64,000 bases of DNA from Planctomycetota bacterium. Lineage in GTDB: Bacteria; Planctomycetota; JAJSAM01; JAJVHW01. The notes beneath the pieces were generated by a model. It searched no databases and was not told where the DNA came from. It saw nothing but the letters and a program-made list of their open reading frames with translations. Below are positions 58,462 through 64,000 of the stretch, piece after piece (positions within the stretch are counted from its first letter, which is position 1; every line of letters starts with the position of its first letter). The position numbers and the translations under genes were made by a program. Location: contig CBDFJG010000004.1 in the NCBI GenBank assembly GCA_965248445.1, positions 128,001-192,000 of the forward strand, in the 5' to 3' direction.

Positions 58462-59658
58462 CTACTCGACTGGTTCGTTGTCGGCGGCAGGTTCGTTGTC
58501 GGCGGGGGGTTCGTTGCCGGCGGGACCGACCGGGGCGCCCATCTCCGCGAGGAGTTCGTCCACGGCCTCGTCCATCTTCTCGCCGCGCACGTTCTTGAAG
58601 CGGATCCTGCCTTCGGCGTCGATCACGTAGATCGTCGGCCAGCTCGACACGTTCCAGCGCGCAGAGATCGGACCGCGCGTTCCCTCGGGCCCGTTCCAGA
58701 AGCTTCGCCACGTGATCTTCTCTTCCTTCATCCGCGAGGCGAGCTTGTCCTTGTCCTTGTCACTGTTCAGACCGATGAGCGCGAAGGGCTTGTCAGCGAG
58801 TCTCTTCACGAGCGACCGCTCGTGCGGGTACATGGCCCGGCAGGGTCCTCACCAGTCGCCCCAGAAGTCGAGCACCACCACCTTCCCTCGGTAGTCCGAG
58901 AGTTGGAAGGCGACGCCGTCCAGGTCCTCGCCCGCGATGTCCGGCGCCTCCATGCCGATCTGCAATCGCTCGATCTCGAAGATCGTCGACGCGGCACGCT
59001 TGCCGTGTGCCGACTCCGGCGCGATCTCGGACGCACGGTTCAGATCCACGAGCGCGCCCGCAAGCGCCCCTTCGCGCGCGGCCGGGTTCTCGAACTCGCG
59101 TCGCAGGACGCCTGCACCGCGGGCATACAGCATGGCGGCGGTCACAGCGTCGTGTGCCGTGATGGACACATCCATGGCTTTCGCGACCCGCTCCTCGCCG
59201 AGTTTGTCGGCGTAGTACAGGAACGTGAACGTCAGATCCGTCCATGCTCCGCTGCCGGCATGGTCGGCGATCAGCGTGTCGAGCGCCGACTGGGAGGCCT
59301 CGATCTCGTGACGCATCGCGTACTGGACCGTGCGAACGAGGAACTTGGCGGCCTCCGGCGTACCCGCGAACTGCGCGGCGGCATCGCGGTACTTCGGCCA
59401 CATGACCTTCTCGGCCGGCGGCTTGGTCTGCTGCCGCGGGCCCGTCGAGCCCTTGGGCTGCGCGCGGCGGGACCTCGCGTACTCCGAGCGCGCGGTCTTG
59501 TACTCGGCGGCGAGCCTCTCCAGCACCGCTGCGGCGTCGGGCGCGGCCTCGACAGCCGCCCCCGGCGGCTCGGCGTCCTGCGCGCGCAGATCGCCGCTCG
59601 ACAGAGCGAGCGATGCCAGTGCGGCGATACCCGCGGCGAACACGATGCCTCTTCGCAT
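58462..59658 (-). CDS. TlpA/AhpC-like thiol-disulfide oxidoreductase selenoprotein (UxxC, Sec at residue 270), 398 aa
   Basis: ORFs 58849-59658 and 58462-58833 are in frame through TGA: [44 protein letters not shown]; signal peptide; downstream hairpin. Confidence 0.92.
58807..58824 (-). promoter_or_regulatory. Putative bacterial SECIS element
   Basis: mRNA CACGAGC-GGUC-GCUCGUG: perfect 7-bp stem with GGUC loop, starting 25 nt after the UGA at 58849-58851. Confidence 0.75.
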
Positions 59659-59728
59659 GTGGCCCTCCTTGGTGCGACCGCCCGACAGGATACGCCGAGC
59701 CGAGGGACGGTGCGCGTCCCGTGTGCGG

Positions 59729-60616
59729 TTACTCGGCCGAGAGGCTCTGGAAGATATCTCCAGCCAACCTGTCCGGCGGGATGAAGCCGCCGCCCCACTT
59801 CTCGTCCCACGCGGCCGTCGGCTTGGCTTCGATGACCTCCTCCTGCGTCTTGCCCTCTTTGATGAGGGCAGCCACGGCGTCCACGCAGCCCGTCAGCATG
59901 TCGCGGTACGCGGTGAGCCCGGCCTTGTCGGTCACCGGTCCGTGCCCGGGGATGACCTTCGTGCCGTCGCCGCAGAGCGTCAGCGCGCGCTCGATCGCCG
60001 CCTGCGCCCCCGTCACCGAGCCACCCGCGGATAGGTCGATGAACGGGTACATGCCATTGAAGAAGCAGTCGCCCATGTGGACGACGTCCGCCTCGGCGAA
60101 GTGCACGATCGTGTCACCGTCGGTGTGCGCCGGACCTGCGTGGAAGCCCTTCACCGTATCGCCGTTGACGTGGAACGTCATGTCGTGGGCGAACGTGACG
60201 AGCGGCAGCGCCACGTCCGCCGCAGGCTTGCCGAAGCGCTTCGCATACGCGGGATCCGTCATGCGAGAACGGACGTTGTCGTGCGCGTAGATGGTGGCGC
60301 CGGCCTTGCCCATGTTCTCGTTTCCGCCCGTGTGGTCGCCGTGGAAGTGCGTGTTCAACAGGAAGCGCGGCGCCTCGCCCCCGAGCTCCTTGATCGCTGC
60401 CAGGATGTCCGGAGAGGCGGCGGCGAACTGGTCGTCGATCAGGAACACGCCGTCGTCACCCACGGAGAGCCCGATGTTCCCCCCCCGTCCGAACAGCACG
60501 TGCACGTGTCCGGAGACCTGCTCCGTCCGCATGCTCTGCGCCTCGGTCGCGGTCTGCCAGAGCCACGCACCGGCGCCCGCCACGACGATCGCGCCCAGGA
60601 TCAGGATCTTGCGCAT
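59729..60616 (-). CDS. MBL-fold metallo-hydrolase (cyclase-like), exported
   Basis: NTHFHGDHTGGN, AHTDGD, HMGD, IPGHG. Confidence 0.93.
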   Translation of the reverse strand: MRKILILGAIVVAGAGAWLWQTATEAQSMRTEQVSGHVHVLFGRGGNIGLSVGDDGVFLIDDQFAAASPDILAAIKELGGEAPRFLLNTHFHGDHTGGNENMGKAGATIYAHDNVRSRMTDPAYAKRFGKPAADVALPLVTFAHDMTFHVNGDTVKGFHAGPAHTDGDTIVHFAEADVVHMGDCFFNGMYPFIDLSAGGSVTGAQAAIERALTLCGDGTKVIPGHGPVTDKAGLTAYRDMLTGCVDAVAALIKEGKTQEEVIEAKPTAAWDEKWGGGFIPPDRLAGDIFQSLSAE

Positions 60617-60688
60617 GGTTCAGCCTCCTCGGTGCGGAGTGACGTCTCCCGGTAAGCCCTCCGGGTTACTCGACGGAGGCGACCGCGC

Positions 60689-61600
60689 TCACGTTCCGCG
60701 GGCGGAGCGACCGCCGAGCCGGAGGATACGCCGAAATGCCTGCAGAATCCGCGATGGGTCGGCACGGCGCGTGAGCAGCGCGTACTCCACGCGCGGCAGG
60801 CCTCGCGGCGCGTCGCGGAAGGCGACTCCCGGCCGCCCCGCCAGCGAGGACGATTCCGGCACGACCGCCACGCCACACCCCGCCGCCACGAGAGCGATGA
60901 CCGCATGCACCGTGGACGCCGTCTGAAGCACGCTGAGACTGACTCCCGCGCGTGCAAATGCGGCCAGCACGTCGTCATGGATGGCGGGCTGCACGTCGCG
61001 ACGCAGCATGACGAGTCCCGCCGACGCCAGCGCCCGCAGACCAGGCCGGCGGACCGCGGCCAGCGCCCCCCCCTCCGGCACGGCGACGACGAAGCGCTCG
61101 CGCCCGACGGGCGTGACCTCGAGCCCCGCGACGTCGTGCCCCGCGACGCGACCGACACCGGCGTGCACCCGACCCTCGCGCAAGGCAGTGATCTGCGCAG
61201 CAGTGGGCGCCTCGCGGAGCTGCACGGCGACGGCTGGATGCTCGCCGCGGAACGCACGGATCGCGTCCGGCAGGAATCCGTCGATCACCGGGGTCGCCGC
61301 CGCGACGCGCAACTCACCGGCCTCTCCGCGCGCGACGGCACGGAGCGTCCGGACCGCGCGTTGCTCGGCGTCGAGCAGTCCGCGCGCATCCGCGAGGAAT
61401 GCGTCGCCCGCATCGGTGAGCCTCACGCTGCGAGTCGTGCGCAGGAGAAGCGTGACATCGAGCCGTTCTTCGAGCCGCCGGATTGCCTGGCTGAGCGGCG
61501 GCTGGGTCATGTGCAGCCGCTCAGCCGCGCGACCGAAGTGGAGTTCCTCCGCCACCGCGACGAAGTAGCGCAACTCGCGCATGTCCAGATTGATATGCAT
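60689..61600 (-). CDS. LysR family transcriptional regulator (start may be 61582)
   Basis: LRYFVAVAEELHFGRAAERLHMTQPPLSQAIRRLE. Confidence 0.95.
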   Translation of the reverse strand: MHINLDMRELRYFVAVAEELHFGRAAERLHMTQPPLSQAIRRLEERLDVTLLLRTTRSVRLTDAGDAFLADARGLLDAEQRAVRTLRAVARGEAGELRVAAATPVIDGFLPDAIRAFRGEHPAVAVQLREAPTAAQITALREGRVHAGVGRVAGHDVAGLEVTPVGRERFVVAVPEGGALAAVRRPGLRALASAGLVMLRRDVQPAIHDDVLAAFARAGVSLSVLQTASTVHAVIALVAAGCGVAVVPESSSLAGRPGVAFRDAPRGLPRVEYALLTRRADPSRILQAFRRILRLGGRSARGT

Positions 61601-61622
61601 TACATCTTAATTATATCATATC
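61592..61622. promoter_or_regulatory. AT-rich divergent promoter / probable LysR operator
   Basis: GATATG...CATATC inverted ends around a strikingly AT-rich patch between lysR and the ferredoxin gene. Confidence 0.55.
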
Positions 61623-61702
61623 TCAGACCTTCTCGCACTATGTCACGGCTCGTAGGCTGCTCTCACCGTCGCGATGACTGCGACGCAGAACAGGAGATCG
61701 TG

Positions 61703-62023
61703 ATGGCATTCGTGGTGACGGGACGCTGTCTCGGAGAGCGCTACGGCGCATGTGTGGACGTCTGCCCGTGTGGGTGTTTCCACTACGGCGACCACGACGG
61801 GGCGCCGATGATGGTCATCGACCAGGAGGCCTGCATCGACTGCGGAGCTTGCCTGCCCGAATGCCCCCTGGGCGCGATCGAGGACGAGACCGCCGACGTT
61901 CCTGAATGGCGCGAGTACAACGCGGCTGCGGCTGCCATGTGGCCGAGCGCTCACGACCAGCCGGACGGCTGGCAGCAGCGCGATCCGACGGAGCCGCCGC
62001 ACAACCCCGCGAACGCTGCGTGA
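61703..62023 (+). CDS. Ferredoxin (FdxA-like 7Fe/8Fe type)
   Basis: C-x7-C-x3-CP and CIDCGACLPECP; AGGAG RBS. Confidence 0.9.
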   Translation: MAFVVTGRCLGERYGACVDVCPCGCFHYGDHDGAPMMVIDQEACIDCGACLPECPLGAIEDETADVPEWREYNAAAAAMWPSAHDQPDGWQQRDPTEPPHNPANAA

Positions 62024-62051
62024 GGCGAGGTCCAGGGCCTAGTCTCTGGGC

Positions 62052-63095
62052 GTGACAGCGCAACCGGCTGCCGGATGGACAGGGGGACAGGTCTCCATCG
62101 TCCGAGTCCTCGTGGCCGTCGGCGCCGTCAAGCTCGCGGTCCTCGCCTTCGCAGGGACCGGCAGTCCGATCGTGGCCGCCTGCGCGGTCCTGGCCGTCCT
62201 GCTCGCGCTAGCCCTGATCCCCGACGCCGTGCCGCCCTGGCCGGCCGCCGCGCTGGCGGTCGTGCTCGCGATCTCGGCCAGCGATCTGCCGCGGCCCTCG
62301 GAGACGACCGCCGCCGCCGCCGCCGCGGTGGCGCTCCTCGCGGCGGCGCCGCTGGGCGCCTTCGGTTCGCGGGCGGCGCGGGGCCGGCCGGATCCGGACG
62401 GCGGGTACCCACTGCCGCGCTGGATCGCCGTGCTGGCTCCCCTCGCGGTGATCGCGCTGCAGGCCGGACGCGGTGCCGTGCTGATCGGCGAGGACCGCGC
62501 GGGTCTCGGGGCAGCGCACCTGCTTGCCGCGGCCCTGTGGGCCGTGCCGCGGACGCGCCTCGCCGCATGGGGTCTCGGCTTCCTGGTCGACCTGGCGGAC
62601 CTGGTCCTGATGGGCTCACCGGCGACGTTCATCGCGCGCACCATGCCCCGGCTCCTGGCGACGGACCCGCGCTGGTTCCCGCCCTTGCGGCCTCCCGGCG
62701 AGGCGCTCGTGCTCTACGACGGCAACTGCGGACTCTGTCATCGAAGCGTGCGCGTGTGCCTGGCCGAGGCACCGGACGACACCCCGCTGTCGTTCGCGCC
62801 GCTCGGGAGCAAGGCGATGCGCGAGCGTCTGGGCGACGACCCGGAGCTGCCGGACAGCCTCGTCTTGCTGACCGCGGACGGGCGCACGCTGGTGAGGTCC
62901 ACGGCCATCGTGGTGCTGATGCGCCGGCTCGGCGGGCTGTGGCGCGCGCTGGCCGCGCTGCTTGCAGCGGTTCCGCGGCCGGTGCGCGACCTGGGGTACT
63001 CCGGCGTCGCGCGGATCCGCCACCTCCTGTTCGCCCGCCCCGCTGCGGCGTGCCCGGTCGTCCCGGCGGCCCTCCGGCCGCGCTTCCGGGACTGA
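62052..63095 (+). CDS. DCC1/DUF393 thiol-disulfide oxidoreductase fused to an N-terminal membrane domain
   Basis: VLYDGNCGLC, FAPL.S, PDSLVL, P.PVRD.GY..VAR.R, ACP. Confidence 0.85.
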   Translation: MTAQPAAGWTGGQVSIVRVLVAVGAVKLAVLAFAGTGSPIVAACAVLAVLLALALIPDAVPPWPAAALAVVLAISASDLPRPSETTAAAAAAVALLAAAPLGAFGSRAARGRPDPDGGYPLPRWIAVLAPLAVIALQAGRGAVLIGEDRAGLGAAHLLAAALWAVPRTRLAAWGLGFLVDLADLVLMGSPATFIARTMPRLLATDPRWFPPLRPPGEALVLYDGNCGLCHRSVRVCLAEAPDDTPLSFAPLGSKAMRERLGDDPELPDSLVLLTADGRTLVRSTAIVVLMRRLGGLWRALAALLAAVPRPVRDLGYSGVARIRHLLFARPAAACPVVPAALRPRFRD

Positions 63096-63117
63096 GAGGG
63101 GTCGATACGATGCCCGC

Positions 63118-63996
63118 GTGATCCGCTACGAAGGCACGCTCTACCGACCGCCCTCCGAGGGCAACAGCCTGATCCTCCAGGCGACCATCGGCTGCTCGTA
63201 CAACGAGTGCACGTTCTGCGGCATGTATCGCGCGAAGCAGTTCCGCGTCCGCAAGATCGACGATCTACGCCAAGAGATCGCGTGGGCTCGCGAGCGGATG
63301 CCGGAGGTCACGAAGGTGTTCCTGGCCGACGGAGACGCGCTCATCGCGCCGCCGCGCTATCTGCACCGGATACTCGACGCACTGAACGAGTCGTTCCCCG
63401 GGTTGCGGCGCGTCTCGTGCTACGCCTCGCCGCAGGCATTGCAGGTGCGCACGGTCGAGCAGATGTCCGCACTCCGCGAAGCGGGACTCACGCAGTACTA
63501 CCTCGGCGTCGAGAGCGGCCACGACACGGTGCTCGCGAAGCTCGAGAAGGGCGTCGATGCCGCCGAGATGGTCCGGGTCGCGAACAAAGCCCACGCCGCC
63601 GATGTCCGGCTCTCGACCATGTTCCTGCTTGGAGCGGGCGGCCGCGCACTCTCGCTCGACCACGCCCGTGCGTCGGCGGAGGTCGCCAGCGCGATCAACC
63701 CGCGCTTCGTCAGCACACTCGTCATGACGCCGGTCGAGAACACTCCGCTGCACGAGCAGGCGATGCGGGGCGAGGTCGACGACCTCGATCCGAACGAGCT
63801 CACACGGGAGTTGCGCGAGTTCGTGGCCGGGCTGGAACTGGACGGGTCGATCTTCCGCTCGAATCACGCGAGCAACTACCTGCCCGTCGGCGGAACCATG
63901 CCGAAGGACAAGCAGCGCATCCTCGATACCCTGGACACGGTGCTCGCGCACCCCGAGGCCGCGCCGTACGTGCCCGACGCGTTCCGCGGCCTCTGA
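63118..63996 (+). CDS. Radical SAM protein
   Basis: YRPPSE..SLILQATIGCSYNECTFCGMY (CxxxCxxC), FLADGDAL, FRSNHASNY. Confidence 0.93.
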   Translation: MIRYEGTLYRPPSEGNSLILQATIGCSYNECTFCGMYRAKQFRVRKIDDLRQEIAWARERMPEVTKVFLADGDALIAPPRYLHRILDALNESFPGLRRVSCYASPQALQVRTVEQMSALREAGLTQYYLGVESGHDTVLAKLEKGVDAAEMVRVANKAHAADVRLSTMFLLGAGGRALSLDHARASAEVASAINPRFVSTLVMTPVENTPLHEQAMRGEVDDLDPNELTRELREFVAGLELDGSIFRSNHASNYLPVGGTMPKDKQRILDTLDTVLAHPEAAPYVPDAFRGL

Positions 63997-64000
63997 CGCG

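Noticed and set aside
58470..58525. 18-nt tandem repeat x3
   Set aside because: Encodes the low-complexity (PADNEP)-like C-terminal tail of the TlpA protein; an ordinary coding repeat.

Overview
High-GC (roughly 70% by eye), gene-dense bacterial chromosome segment, most likely from a Planctomycetota genome (H-X9-DG protein, prenyltransferase-repeat protein, HEAT-repeat proteins, orphan secretin-like gene; inference only). It has about 50 CDS. I saw no rRNA, tRNA, CRISPR array, transposase or phage genes. Main result: two thioredoxin-fold genes that the ORF track splits in two (7005-7937 and 58462-59658, both minus strand) each have an in-frame TGA at the first Cys of the CxxC site (U-N-P-C and U-G-P-C). 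Each TGA is followed by a SECIS-like hairpin and both proteins have signal peptides, so they are probably exported selenoproteins; the first has an architecture I do not recognise. Other notable items: (1) a coupled operon of metallophosphoesterase lipoprotein, neutral ceramidase and DUF2235 hydrolase (candidate sphingolipid/membrane-lipid degradation cassette); (2) three tandem, divergent paralogous membrane proteins of unknown family; (3) at least 12 genes with a TANNNT -10 box 6-8 nt before the start codon (probable leaderless mRNAs); (4) GTAG...CTAC REP-like hairpins that supply stop codons; (5) a phaR/phasin pair with a palindromic operator. Two genes (MATE transporter, M20 peptidase) carry single frameshifts that may be assembly errors.
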